A DNA stretch of 64,000 nt from an uncultured Gammaproteobacteria bacterium (lineage in GTDB: Bacteria > Patescibacteriota > Patescibacteriia > Magasanikbacterales > UBA922): contig CAZFKS010000006.1 in NCBI GenBank assembly GCA_964519725.1, forward strand, positions 355 through 64,354, written 5' to 3'. Both the position numbers and the translations under genes were made by a program. Shown here one piece after another: positions 1 through 8,609 of this stretch. Positions within the stretch are counted from its first letter, which is position 1. Each line of letters starts with the position of its first letter. Below the pieces are notes generated by a model. That model worked only from the letters and a program-made list of their open reading frames with translations, was not told the DNA's origin and did no database searches.

Positions 1-808
1 CTAGAGCACTGCCACTTTGGAAATCAGCAAACACAATGTCATTACAAGCCGCGGCTTGTTCGTGTAATTGTTCAATATATTTATTGGTATACACTGAGCC
101 ACCCACAATTACCAGTTTAAGATTTTTCACTTCTGGGTGCTGAGCGGCTTTAAGATTAGCAAAGGCTTCTACCAAAATGTGCGCGCCTTTGTGTGGTACT
201 AGGCGAGACACCATTAAAATATAACCATTAGTTTTCAGGCCGAATTTTTTCAAGATTGATAAATCAGTTTCTGGAACTGTGCTTTTAACACCATTTGGAA
301 TGCAAACGGTTTGTTCAGAGAATTCGTTTAAACAGTACATTTCCAAACTACGTGAAACTGTAATGGTTTCGTGTGCAAACCACACGGCGGCTTTTTCACC
401 TAGGCGTAATATAAACCGGGCAAACACACCCCACTTTTGGTGGTAGCGGTCGATTGAGTGAAACGTGGTTACGATTTTAGCACGGGTAAATACTCGAGGA
501 ATCCAAGAAACTAAGGCTGGGCCAACCCCATGGTAGTGGATAACATCATAGTCCCCAAACAAGGCGTGGATTGAAGCGAGTAGGGTGTGGGTGATGGTAT
601 CAAAGTGTTTAGTTTTGAGAGTTGGGAGATGCTTAACCAAGATCCCATCCAGGATGGTATCTTCGGCTAAACGGGTATACCAAGACCGGCTATACACAGT
701 GACACTGTGGCCTTTTTTGGCAAGTTCTCCTGACAGGTCATGGACATGGCGTTCTACGCCCCCATGGCTGGCCGGGATCCCTTTTTGTCCGATCATGGCT
801 ATACGCAT
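1..808 (-). CDS. GT4 family glycosyltransferase, N-terminal part; C-terminus runs past the window start
   Basis: Reverse-complement translation from the ATG at 808-806 gives MRIAMIGQKGIPASHGGVERHVHDLSGELAKKGHSVTVYSRSWY..., a classic GT4 N-terminal Rossmann domain. The frame stays open to position 1. The ORF track misses it because there is no in-window stop. 585..836 + is a shadow ORF. Confidence 0.7.
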   Translation of the reverse strand, partial: MRIAMIGQKGIPASHGGVERHVHDLSGELAKKGHSVTVYSRSWYTRLAEDTILDGILVKHLPTLKTKHFDTITHTLLASIHALFGDYDVIHYHGVGPALVSWIPRVFTRAKIVTTFHSIDRYHQKWGVFARFILRLGEKAAVWFAHETITVSRSLEMYCLNEFSEQTVCIPNGVKSTVPETDLSILKKFGLKTNGYILMVSRLVPHKGAHILVEAFANLKAAQHPEVKNLKLVIVGGSVYTNKYIEQLHEQAAACNDIVFADFQSGSAL

Positions 809-916
809 ATTTTTTAGTTTACTCCTAAAAACATGAAAGTATAGCAGTTTTTGGGCCTTTTGTCAACCCTAAAACCGGGCTAAAAGAGGATAACTTTTTG
901 GCTTATTTTAGGCAAA

Positions 917-1001
917 ATTCCCCCAAGGAGCGCCAGGTAAGCTCAGTCCCTCCAGTCTAGAGCCAATCTGAGCACCCCGTGGGGGAATTCTCCCTAGGGA
1001 G
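917..1001. promoter_or_regulatory. GC-rich nested inverted repeats and a 12-bp palindrome in the intergenic region between two minus-strand genes
   Basis: AATTCCCCCA (917-926) pairs with TGGGGGAATT (980-989). An inner pair GCTCAG (941-946) / CTGAGC (968-973) lies between them. A perfect palindrome CTCCCTAGGGAG (990-1001) overlaps the stop of the 994..1899 gene. Confidence 0.3.
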
Positions 1002-1899
1002 AAAAGGTCGCCACCTGCTCAACCAGGGAGTGCCAATACCGCCCAAAACTCGGGTCAATATCTAGGTCACTAATGAGCTTATGGCAGAGTTTGGCCTCGG
1101 TTTCAGTGACTCGACGGACCTCGCTGGCCACCCCATGTTTTTGGTATAAATAGCGGAGATAGTATAGGTCAGCGTCAGTAATAATTTGGGTTTTCCAAAT
1201 GGTTTGAAAAAAGTTTAACTCGTTAGTGTTTAATGACTGGGCTAAAATACCTGACCACAAACTTGGTTTTTGTTTTAACAGACTAAGCCTTAGTTCGCGT
1301 AAAGCACGTGGATTATTAGAAAATCCAATTAAGTCAGTTCGGCTTTCCAGGATAATTCCTAAATTTTCACCAATTACTTCTAGAATTAATTCCTGACTCA
1401 GATTGTGATAATTATTGGCCAAAGTGTAACCCAGAACTAGGGGTAGACAAAACGTAAACGCTCCGGTTTTGGCCGCATATAAATCTTTAATTTTCAGTAC
1501 GTCTTTGACAATTTCTTGATTAAAAGAATGATTACCATAGGCTTTTTCTAAAGCATATCGTAAAAATATTTCCATTAAATCTGGTTCATCTAGTTTTTGG
1601 GCTAATTCATTAATTTGATATTCTAACCAATACTGCAAGTGCTCGGTCTGGTGTGGGCTGTGAAATAGCTCCATGATGGCTGCCAGTTTAAGTGCACTTT
1701 CTTTATCAAAATTTTTAAAACTTGCGGCTGATAATAACAGTATTGGTCCGCTCAAGATTTTTTCGCTTGAACGATGAGTGATTAATTTGGTGCTAGGAAT
1801 AAAATCTTTCACCTCAGTGGCCCAGTCTTGTAGTAAAAAATCAATCTCACGACTTAATTTAGGTTTTAGTTCATCGGTATAAATAGCAAACTTATTCAT
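994..1899 (-). CDS. hypothetical protein (301 aa), probably all-alpha
   Basis: Uninterrupted ORF, 1 nt from the stop of the upstream 560-aa gene. No family recognised by eye. Confidence 0.5.
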   Translation of the reverse strand: MNKFAIYTDELKPKLSREIDFLLQDWATEVKDFIPSTKLITHRSSEKILSGPILLLSAASFKNFDKESALKLAAIMELFHSPHQTEHLQYWLEYQINELAQKLDEPDLMEIFLRYALEKAYGNHSFNQEIVKDVLKIKDLYAAKTGAFTFCLPLVLGYTLANNYHNLSQELILEVIGENLGIILESRTDLIGFSNNPRALRELRLSLLKQKPSLWSGILAQSLNTNELNFFQTIWKTQIITDADLYYLRYLYQKHGVASEVRRVTETEAKLCHKLISDLDIDPSFGRYWHSLVEQVATFSP

Positions 1900-1900
1900 A

Positions 1901-3583
1901 TTAATTAAACTGATGAATTAGTGATTTAATCGTAGTTCGTTCTTTAAGGGCCATGTTTAGAGCTAGTTCTAATTGCGCGATGGAATTACTAAGTAAGGCG
2001 GGGGAGTGAATTGGCCACTTAATCTTTTTGAGTAAGTATTTGGCCTCGTCTAATTCCTGCTTGGCATGCTTAATTACTAAATCAAGTCCTTCGTGCCAAA
2101 AGATTTTTTTTGCTTGGAATTGATTAATATTTTGAAACGCCTGACTAGTTAAAAATAAAGATTTAGTTACACTGGTCACCCGTTTTTGAGAAAAATCAGT
2201 TGGCCAATTGTGTAAATCATTGCAAATCTGTCGGACAGTGGTGTAATGGTGAAGTAATTTTTTAATGTTTTGACGCACTGACTTATCACTTACCAAACTT
2301 TCAATAATTAAAACTGGCCCTAAACAATGACCAAACGAACGCTCAGCAATGTGTCGGCTCATTGTTGGCAGCCATCGACTAGAGTGTTCCAGGCTATTTT
2401 TTAAATTAGCATTAAGGGTTAAAACTTCAGCGTGCGCTTCGTCTGCTGCATCCAAAATCAAAGCCACAATACTTGAATCAACTTCTAGACTGCCAGCACA
2501 TTCTTCGTAGTATTTAGTGGCGGTACGTAAATAAATATTCGCCAGATTTAGATCACTAGGTTCTGACCAGGATAGTTGATTTTCGTAAATTTCCAGGGCT
2601 AACCAGTGAAAAATATTAGCGGCCCCAAGTCTAGCAAATAATTGGCTTGGCAAATCTTTGCCGAGTGCTTCACTGAGATCACTGCTAAAATTAATAATCT
2701 CGTGGCTAATTGATCTGGTTAGAAGCTTAGTAAAACCGATTAAACTTGATTCGCGTAAATCACTACCTAGCGAGTTTATTTTTTTAGAAACTAAGCCAAT
2801 GGCTAGGCTGCGCACTGTGTCTTCAGGATTTGGTTCATTGACTTTGCTAGCTTCATGCCAAATTTTCACCCAAAGCGCTGCACTGACAGCTTCATCTCCA
2901 GAAAATTTTTGGTTCTGGAACGGCGCTAAAATTTCTTTCCTAAAATCTTGGAAAATCAAAATCTGACAGGCTTTATCTAAGCTAGACTCTGGTGCTTTGT
3001 TTTGCATTAATGATTCAGCAATTTTAATTATGCTTGCCTCTGACCTTGGTAAACTTTCTTTGGTTAAATATAAGTGCAACCATGGTGAATTAATGACTGC
3101 GTTAGTAGGATTATTTTCTTCTAAACTACTCACCAAATAATTTTCCAAATTTGGTAAATATATACCGAGTAATTGTAAGGCAGTGTGCACTAAAACATTA
3201 CTTAAAACTTTTATCTCAGTAAGATTGGTTGTGTATGGTCCGCCAGGTTTACTTTCTAATCTAATTAATAGTAAAGTTAGGGCCGTTAAATCTTCATCAC
3301 TACATTCTCCAAGCTCATAACTGGCTGCAAATAATAGCATGATTATATCTAGTTCTGAGCCTTGACTAATCTGCGCTCTAAATAGTCGGTGGATCTCTCG
3401 AGTAAATCTACTAGTTTCTCGGTCATTCTCACACAAAGGAACAATAAGGTAGCTAATAAGCGCAAACTGAAATAATTCAGGCTGGCTCGGATTAGCTTCC
3501 ATGCTTGTAAGTTGCTCGCTTTGTTTTTGGGTAACAAAAATGAGGGCTGATCGTTTAAGTTCAGCATAAGGTGACAGGATCAT
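1901..3583 (-). CDS. hypothetical protein (560 aa), Leu-rich and predicted helical
   Basis: Uninterrupted ORF packed 1 nt after the histidine-kinase stop (3585) and 1 nt before the next gene. No recognisable catalytic motif. The 3349..3567 ORF is a nested artefact. Confidence 0.5.
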   Translation of the reverse strand: MILSPYAELKRSALIFVTQKQSEQLTSMEANPSQPELFQFALISYLIVPLCENDRETSRFTREIHRLFRAQISQGSELDIIMLLFAASYELGECSDEDLTALTLLLIRLESKPGGPYTTNLTEIKVLSNVLVHTALQLLGIYLPNLENYLVSSLEENNPTNAVINSPWLHLYLTKESLPRSEASIIKIAESLMQNKAPESSLDKACQILIFQDFRKEILAPFQNQKFSGDEAVSAALWVKIWHEASKVNEPNPEDTVRSLAIGLVSKKINSLGSDLRESSLIGFTKLLTRSISHEIINFSSDLSEALGKDLPSQLFARLGAANIFHWLALEIYENQLSWSEPSDLNLANIYLRTATKYYEECAGSLEVDSSIVALILDAADEAHAEVLTLNANLKNSLEHSSRWLPTMSRHIAERSFGHCLGPVLIIESLVSDKSVRQNIKKLLHHYTTVRQICNDLHNWPTDFSQKRVTSVTKSLFLTSQAFQNINQFQAKKIFWHEGLDLVIKHAKQELDEAKYLLKKIKWPIHSPALLSNSIAQLELALNMALKERTTIKSLIHQFN

Positions 3584-3584
3584 G

Positions 3585-4943
3585 TTATTTTCGCCAACTA
3601 ATAGTAAAACACGCTCCGCTATTAGGTAAGTTGCTGGCCGTAATAGTAGCGTTTAATTCTTGATTTAAAATATTTTTGGTTGTAGCTAAACCTAATCCGT
3701 GATTACTTCTTTTGCTTGTAACAAATGGTTCAAAAATAGTTTCTATTTGTTCAGGTGCAATTCCTGGTCCATTATCTTTAATGTTAATATAATTGTAAGC
3801 AGTGTCACTAGACAAAGTGACTGTAATCTGGGCGTTTTTGTGAGTTTGGTGGAAAGCTTCAATACCATTAGTTAGAAGATTTACAATTGCACGCTCAAAT
3901 CGCACTGGATCACAGTAAGCATAAATTTTATTTTCCTTAATAAAATTAAGGTTAATTCCTTTTTGATTAGCTTCATACTGTACAGCCATAATTGCTTGCT
4001 CGAGTGCTTTTCGAATGTTAATTCTTTGTGGTTTTGATTGTTGTCTAAGTTCGTCTTTAATTTGTTTGGCTAATCTAATTAAACGATTAGTGATTCTGAC
4101 AGCTTGTTTAATTCGCTCAGTAATTTCTGCTGACTGAGAAAAAGAAATATTTTTCAGTTCCTGAATATGTAATGACAAGGCTGTTAGGGGATTAACTAAA
4201 TCATGAAATAAACCAGCCGAGGCGCGACCAATGGTGACTAGGTGTTCAATTTGGTTTAAGTGATACAACTGGGCTTCTTCTAAAACTTTAGCTTTTTCTT
4301 CAGTCTGTCTGGCACGGCGTAAACTAGTGTCAATATCACTGAGAACTAGTTTAATAATAAACACAAATATCAGTAAAATTCCCATGATTTCAAAAAGATA
4401 CATGTGGTTTGGTAGTAATTGCATCCAACTTAGGTCCACCGCTAAAATGGCTTGTTGGTGCAAATACATAATGAGGCCAAGGTAACTTCCAACCAAAATA
4501 ACCATTATTAAGGCTACTCTGATACTAATCAGAAGACTAACCAAAATAATTAGTAGGCCAAGGCCTAAAAGTGGGATTGGTGAAAGTGTACCCCAGCGGG
4601 TCAATAAATAAAGGGTAGGAATCGCGAGAGCAAGGAGAATGATGCTTCGAACAATTTTCCAAAAACCTTTTTTTATGAGCCAAATAGCACTGCTGCCAAT
4701 ACTGAAGCAAAGCAGTGAAATGAGGAATAATTGGCCGTGCCAAGACGACTGAAAGAGGAGTGTCAAGGATAAAAACCAGAGACTAAATAGTATGGAAAGA
4801 ACACTGTAAGCAAATACCAAAATTACTAAAATGCGCTCACGGCCCAAACCGTTTTCACGGTGTGAGATATTCCACAGTGTTTCAAATTGACTGTAGATTG
4901 TGTGGTACTTGGAGCGCACAGAGATTACAATTAACCAGACCAA
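3585..4943 (-). CDS. sensor histidine kinase (membrane-bound; HisKA + HATPase_c)
   Basis: The N-terminal ~200 aa carry several hydrophobic segments. H-box LFHDLVNPLTAL, N-box NLLTNGIEA, G1 DNGPGIAPE, G2 GLGLA are all present. The track start is a TTG at 4941-4943 and the true start is uncertain. Confidence 0.8.
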   Translation of the reverse strand: MVWLIVISVRSKYHTIYSQFETLWNISHRENGLGRERILVILVFAYSVLSILFSLWFLSLTLLFQSSWHGQLFLISLLCFSIGSSAIWLIKKGFWKIVRSIILLALAIPTLYLLTRWGTLSPIPLLGLGLLIILVSLLISIRVALIMVILVGSYLGLIMYLHQQAILAVDLSWMQLLPNHMYLFEIMGILLIFVFIIKLVLSDIDTSLRRARQTEEKAKVLEEAQLYHLNQIEHLVTIGRASAGLFHDLVNPLTALSLHIQELKNISFSQSAEITERIKQAVRITNRLIRLAKQIKDELRQQSKPQRINIRKALEQAIMAVQYEANQKGINLNFIKENKIYAYCDPVRFERAIVNLLTNGIEAFHQTHKNAQITVTLSSDTAYNYINIKDNGPGIAPEQIETIFEPFVTSKRSNHGLGLATTKNILNQELNATITASNLPNSGACFTISWRK

Positions 4944-5171
4944 GTGGGCGTACTAACCGCTGTTTCCACTGCCAAGGACAGTAGTAGTTCAGCCGAGCGA
5001 GTCTCTTTATTTTCTAAAATTGAAGTTATGAAATTTTTCATAAGTGTGATTTTAGCTGAATTAATGTCGGCATCGACCTAACTGCCGCGTGTATATTCAT
5101 ACTACACTTGGTGAGTTAAATATTTGGTAAATTTTTTATTAATTTTCTGCACAACCTAAAATATGGAAAAT

Positions 5172-5202
5172 TAGCCAAAAAATAACCGACTTATTAAGTC
5201 GG
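5172..5202 (-). terminator. Rho-independent terminator overlapping the response-regulator stop codon
   Basis: On the minus strand, CCGACTTAATAAGTCGG forms a perfect 8-bp stem containing the TAA stop. It is followed by TTATTTTTTGG. Confidence 0.5.
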
Positions 5203-5865
5203 TATGATTAGTTTATAGCCTCGGCCCGGAACAGTGTGAATTAATTTTTTGTCAGTGACTGTTTGTAATTGTTTACGTAGCTCACAGAGATTACTTTCTA
5301 AAGTGTTAGACCACTGATTGGAATTAAGGTTCCAAATTTTTTCCAAAATAGTGGCGCGAGTGACAATTTTGCCAGCGTATTTGGCTAAATACTCGAGAAG
5401 CTCGTATTGTTTTTTGGGTAAATTTAGCACACGCCGACCAGCACGGACAATTTTCTGGGTAGTATCAATGGTAATTGGACCAATTTTAAGCGGCACTATG
5501 GCCGCTTGAGTTCGTCTTTGTAAAGCGCGCATGCGCGCTAATAGTTCTAGGGCGGAAAACGGTTTAGTTAAGTAATCGTCAGCGCCAATTTCTAAGAGAT
5601 TAATTTTGGTAGTTAAATCATTCACCACTGTTAGAACTAAAATTGGAATATTTTTTCCTCTAGCTCTTAGTTCAGCGCACACATTGTACCCATTTTGTTT
5701 AGGTAAATTGTGGTCCAAGATAATTGCGTCATAGTGATTGGTTACCGCTAATTCAAAACCAGTGTAACCATTGTGGGCACAATCAACTGCGTAGAGTGCA
5801 CTACTCAAAGTGGCTTTGAGACTGGTGCATAGCTCTATGTCATCATCAATGATGAGTGCTTTCAT
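5194..5865 (-). CDS. OmpR-family response regulator (REC + winged-helix)
   Basis: From the ATG at 5865: MKALIIDDDIELC...DAIILDHNLP...LVLT...DDYLTKPF..., with C-terminal LLEYLAKYAGKIVTRATILEKIW...HTVPGRGYKL. The track ORF 5194..6279 is an unrealistic N-terminal extension into the next gene. Confidence 0.85.
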   Translation of the reverse strand: MKALIIDDDIELCTSLKATLSSALYAVDCAHNGYTGFELAVTNHYDAIILDHNLPKQNGYNVCAELRARGKNIPILVLTVVNDLTTKINLLEIGADDYLTKPFSALELLARMRALQRRTQAAIVPLKIGPITIDTTQKIVRAGRRVLNLPKKQYELLEYLAKYAGKIVTRATILEKIWNLNSNQWSNTLESNLCELRKQLQTVTDKKLIHTVPGRGYKLIIPT

Positions 5866-6022
5866 ACTGGAGCAGTATATGCACAGATTTTTTAGTTTGT
5901 AAATACGCGGACCATAAATTGCCAACCACTGGGCACAAAAGTTATGCACAATGGGAAGCGCGGCAGTCAGATTGACCAGATCTGACTGCCGGTTTTGAGG
6001 TGGGTTCCCCTCGGGAGAGGGG

Positions 6023-8032
6023 CTAGAGGTTGGGGTCGCAGGCGTCGCCGATGTGGTCTTTGTCTGAATCAAGCTGGTCGACGTTTTTTGTTGACCAGCA
6101 ATTGTCGAGACCGACCACGTTACACCCAGGCGTGTCGTCCGCCGTGATGCAACATATCTGCGGCAAGAAGTATTCGGCGAACATGATGCAGTCGAGAAGG
6201 TCATTCTCGTTGTCACCGAAGCCATCATTGTCAGCGTCGGCGTCGTTGCCGTCATCTTGCCACTTGTCCCCGTCGACATTCACCTGGGAGCAGGAATTTT
6301 TTGGCGCATTGGGGTACGCCGGATCGCGGGGAAGGTGAAAGCAGTCGACCGCAGGGTCGCACGCATCGAACGTGCAGTTGTCAGCGTCGCTACACAGGCT
6401 AAAGACCTGAGTAAAGATGCAGCCCGTTGCCGGGGCGCAGCTGTCCTGAGTGCAACCAACTCCGTCGTCGCAGACGATTGCGCTGTGAACGCATTCGCCC
6501 GTGACTTGGTCACAGGAGTCAGTGGTGCAGGCGCTTTGGTCGTCGCAGTCTTTGTTGTTACCGCTCGTGCAGGACGAGTTAGCACAAAAATCTGCGACTG
6601 TGCAGGGAACGCCGTCGTCGCAGGGTGCGGTGTTGGCCGCGTACTTGCAGCCGGTTTCGGGGTTGCACGTGTCGTCCGTGCACGGGTTCTGGTCGTCGCA
6701 GTTAAGCAACGCCAAATGCACACACGCACCACTGACACAGTGGTCAGAAGTTGTGCAGGCATCGCCGTCTGAGCAGGGAACATCATTGCTGAGATTCCCG
6801 AACAAACAGCCTGAGCCAGGAACGCACGTGTCGTAGGTGCACGGATTGGAGTCCGTACACGGTGTGGTCGTGTGCTGACAGCCCGAGTTTGGGTTGCAGC
6901 TGTCGACCGTACACGCGTTGTTGTCGTCACAGTCCGTGGGCGTGCTCGTGCACGTCCCAGTCTCGGGATTGCACATCTCCGAGCTGGTGCAGAGATTGCC
7001 ATCTGCGCACGAAATTGTAGTGACGAACTGACACCCGGAGTTCGGGTTGCACGAATCATTCGTGCAGAGATTGTCATCGTTGCAGGTGAGTGGGGTTTGA
7101 CCCACACAGTCACCGACATCGGTGCAAACATCGTCAGTGGTACACAGGTTGTGATCGTCGCAGCTTTGCCCCGGAACTGGGACTGGATTGCACTGGCCTG
7201 AGGTCGGTTCACACCGATTCTCAAAGCACGGATCCGGCGCCTCAGCGCAGGACACGATCGTATTTACGTCAACGACGCACTTGGTATTTTCACACACCAA
7301 GTCTCCGTTACAGAGATTAGCGTCGTTTTTGTCAGCGCAGTCAGTGCTGGTCTCACAGTCGCACACATTGGTGCCGGAAACGCAGACACTGTCAGCGCAA
7401 ACATCGTCGATTGTGCACGGGTTGTTGTCACTGCACGCGGACGTGTTGTCCGTGTGCTCGCAACCCTGAGCAGGATTGCAGTGATCGTCCGTGCAGACGT
7501 TGTCGTCGTCACAGTCGTCGTCCGCACAGAGCGGCGGAACGAAAGTGTCGACGTCATCACTGTCTGACGATTCTGCGTCCGGTGGTGTCTCGACATCAGG
7601 TGCGACTGAGTCGACTGTATCTTCGACATCATCGAACGAAGGAATGTCCTCGTCGGCGGTTTCCTCACTGGCCCAGGTATCGGGCTCAGTTTCGGAATCC
7701 TCCTCTGTGTCCAGTGCGACCCAGGTGTCGACAGCGTCTCCCGTAACTTCCTTTTCGTGGACGTCGTCAGCGACCAGGTCGGTCGACTGGTAGACATCTT
7801 CACGTGGGAAGATGGTCTGGCACGCGTCACCCACGCCGTCACCATCGCTGTCGAGCTGGTCCGGGTTGGGCACTCCTCGACAGTTGTCGAGGAAGTTCGG
7901 GATCTTGTCCAAGTCCGGGTCAGCCGCACACTCTTCTTCGCTGAAGCACTTGCCGTCCGGGTTGAAGTTGAAGCCGCAGCTAGCGGCGGTGAGGTTGAGG
8001 AAGAAGATGGCGAAGCACTTGAAAGAATTCAT
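6023..8032 (-). CDS. secreted, acidic cysteine-rich tandem-repeat protein with thrombospondin-type-3-like Ca-binding motifs at both ends
   Basis: The ATG at 8032 is preceded by AGGAGG-N5 and followed by signal-peptide-like MNSFKCFAIFFLNLTAAS. At least 11 modules resemble CDDxNxCTxDxCxPxxGC. DQLDSDGDGVGDAC (N-terminus) and DQLDSDKDHIGDACD plus DDGNDADADNDGFGDNEND (C-terminus) are TSP3-like. The gene is conspicuously GC-rich compared with its flanks. Confidence 0.75.
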   Translation of the reverse strand: MNSFKCFAIFFLNLTAASCGFNFNPDGKCFSEEECAADPDLDKIPNFLDNCRGVPNPDQLDSDGDGVGDACQTIFPREDVYQSTDLVADDVHEKEVTGDAVDTWVALDTEEDSETEPDTWASEETADEDIPSFDDVEDTVDSVAPDVETPPDAESSDSDDVDTFVPPLCADDDCDDDNVCTDDHCNPAQGCEHTDNTSACSDNNPCTIDDVCADSVCVSGTNVCDCETSTDCADKNDANLCNGDLVCENTKCVVDVNTIVSCAEAPDPCFENRCEPTSGQCNPVPVPGQSCDDHNLCTTDDVCTDVGDCVGQTPLTCNDDNLCTNDSCNPNSGCQFVTTISCADGNLCTSSEMCNPETGTCTSTPTDCDDNNACTVDSCNPNSGCQHTTTPCTDSNPCTYDTCVPGSGCLFGNLSNDVPCSDGDACTTSDHCVSGACVHLALLNCDDQNPCTDDTCNPETGCKYAANTAPCDDGVPCTVADFCANSSCTSGNNKDCDDQSACTTDSCDQVTGECVHSAIVCDDGVGCTQDSCAPATGCIFTQVFSLCSDADNCTFDACDPAVDCFHLPRDPAYPNAPKNSCSQVNVDGDKWQDDGNDADADNDGFGDNENDLLDCIMFAEYFLPQICCITADDTPGCNVVGLDNCWSTKNVDQLDSDKDHIGDACDPNL

Positions 8033-8091
8033 GACTGCCTCCTGGCAAAATTGAAGTTGACGAACTGGAAACCGAAGAAACATTAATCTTG

Positions 8092-8144
8092 AAATTGCTT
8101 CGGAGTTTAATGACACAGAGTATCACTAAAATCCGAAGCAATTT
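8092..8144. promoter_or_regulatory. 13-bp perfect inverted repeat upstream of the Cys-repeat gene
   Basis: AAATTGCTTCGGA (8092-8104) pairs with TCCGAAGCAATTT (8132-8144), 27-nt spacer. On the plus strand it is followed by GGTCATTTTTTCC. Confidence 0.3.
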
Positions 8145-8240
8145 GGTCATTTTTTCCACCTCATGTAAAGAACAGTCACTACGCCTACTAAAGGTGTAGT
8201 AGCCAAACATCATAGCAATAATGCGGCTAAAAGTCAATAT

Positions 8241-8266
8241 AAAAACCCCTTGGAAAAGAGGTTTTT
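8241..8266. terminator. hairpin with T-runs on both strands; likely terminator of the tRNA transcript
   Basis: AAAAACCCCTT-ggaa-AAGAGGTTTTT has one mismatch. The minus strand reads ...AAGGGGTTTTTATATT, downstream of the tRNA. Confidence 0.4.
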
Positions 8267-8369
8267 AGATGACGCACACCAACTTGGAAATTGATGTTAC
8301 TAAGACTAGTCTACTATAAAATTTTGATTTTGTCAATTAAAAAATTCTTTTCACAAAGAATTTTTTAGG

Positions 8370-8444
8370 TGGTGGACCAGACGGGAATTGAACCCGCAAT
8401 TTCAGCTTTGCAGGAAGATGTTTTACCAGTTAAACTACTGGCCC
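8370..8444 (-). tRNA. tRNA-like gene (75 nt, CCA encoded), possibly tRNA-Cys(GCA); anticodon stem non-canonical
   Basis: Minus-strand parse: acceptor GGGCCAG/CTGGTCC, U8, D-arm GTTT-AACTGGTA-AAAC with G18G19, T-arm GCGGG-TTCAATT-CCCGT, discriminator A, CCA. The anticodon loop CTGCAAA gives GCA. Only 3 of 5 anticodon-stem pairs (TCTTC/GCTGA) form. An A/T-rich 12-bp inverted repeat (8339-8366) follows immediately. Confidence 0.55.
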
Positions 8445-8609
8445 TTGGTCCACCGTATTTAACGTAACAAAAATATTTACAAACAACAAAGCCTCTTAAA
8501 AAGAGGCCGTGTTGCGCAAAGTTTTAGTTTTTCCAGTAGTTCTGGAAACATCTTCCTACTGCGAATTATAAGGTATAAAAAACCTTTGTCAAGTGTATAA
8601 TCCGGTGAA

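Noticed and set aside
585-836. 83-aa plus-strand ORF
   Set aside because: It lies entirely antisense to the well-supported GT4 gene (1..808, minus) and has no recognisable features. It is a shadow ORF.
5866-6279. N-terminal 138-aa extension of the response-regulator ORF in the track (5194..6279)
   Set aside because: The extension overlaps the 3' end of the Cys-repeat gene and is low-complexity. The receiver domain starts cleanly at MKALIIDDD (ATG at 5865).
6030-8237. At least ten overlapping ORFs on both strands (e.g. 6257..6772+, 6280..7224-, 6872..7201+, 7264..7929-, 7411..7746+, 7491..7793+, 7757..8086+, 7980..8237-)
   Set aside because: They arise because the GC-rich, repetitive Cys-repeat gene lacks stop codons in alternative frames. 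Their translations are low-complexity (Arg/Thr/Ser/Ala runs). Only the 6023..8032 minus frame encodes a coherent signal-peptide-plus-repeat protein with a strong RBS.
8373-8455. Alternative tRNA parse using the 8-bp palindromic ends GGTGGACC/GGTCCACC as acceptor stem
   Set aside because: It gives an 83-85-nt molecule with wrong spacing between acceptor, D- and T-arms and no CCA placement. The 8370..8444 parse satisfies U8, G18G19, the T-loop, discriminator and CCA.
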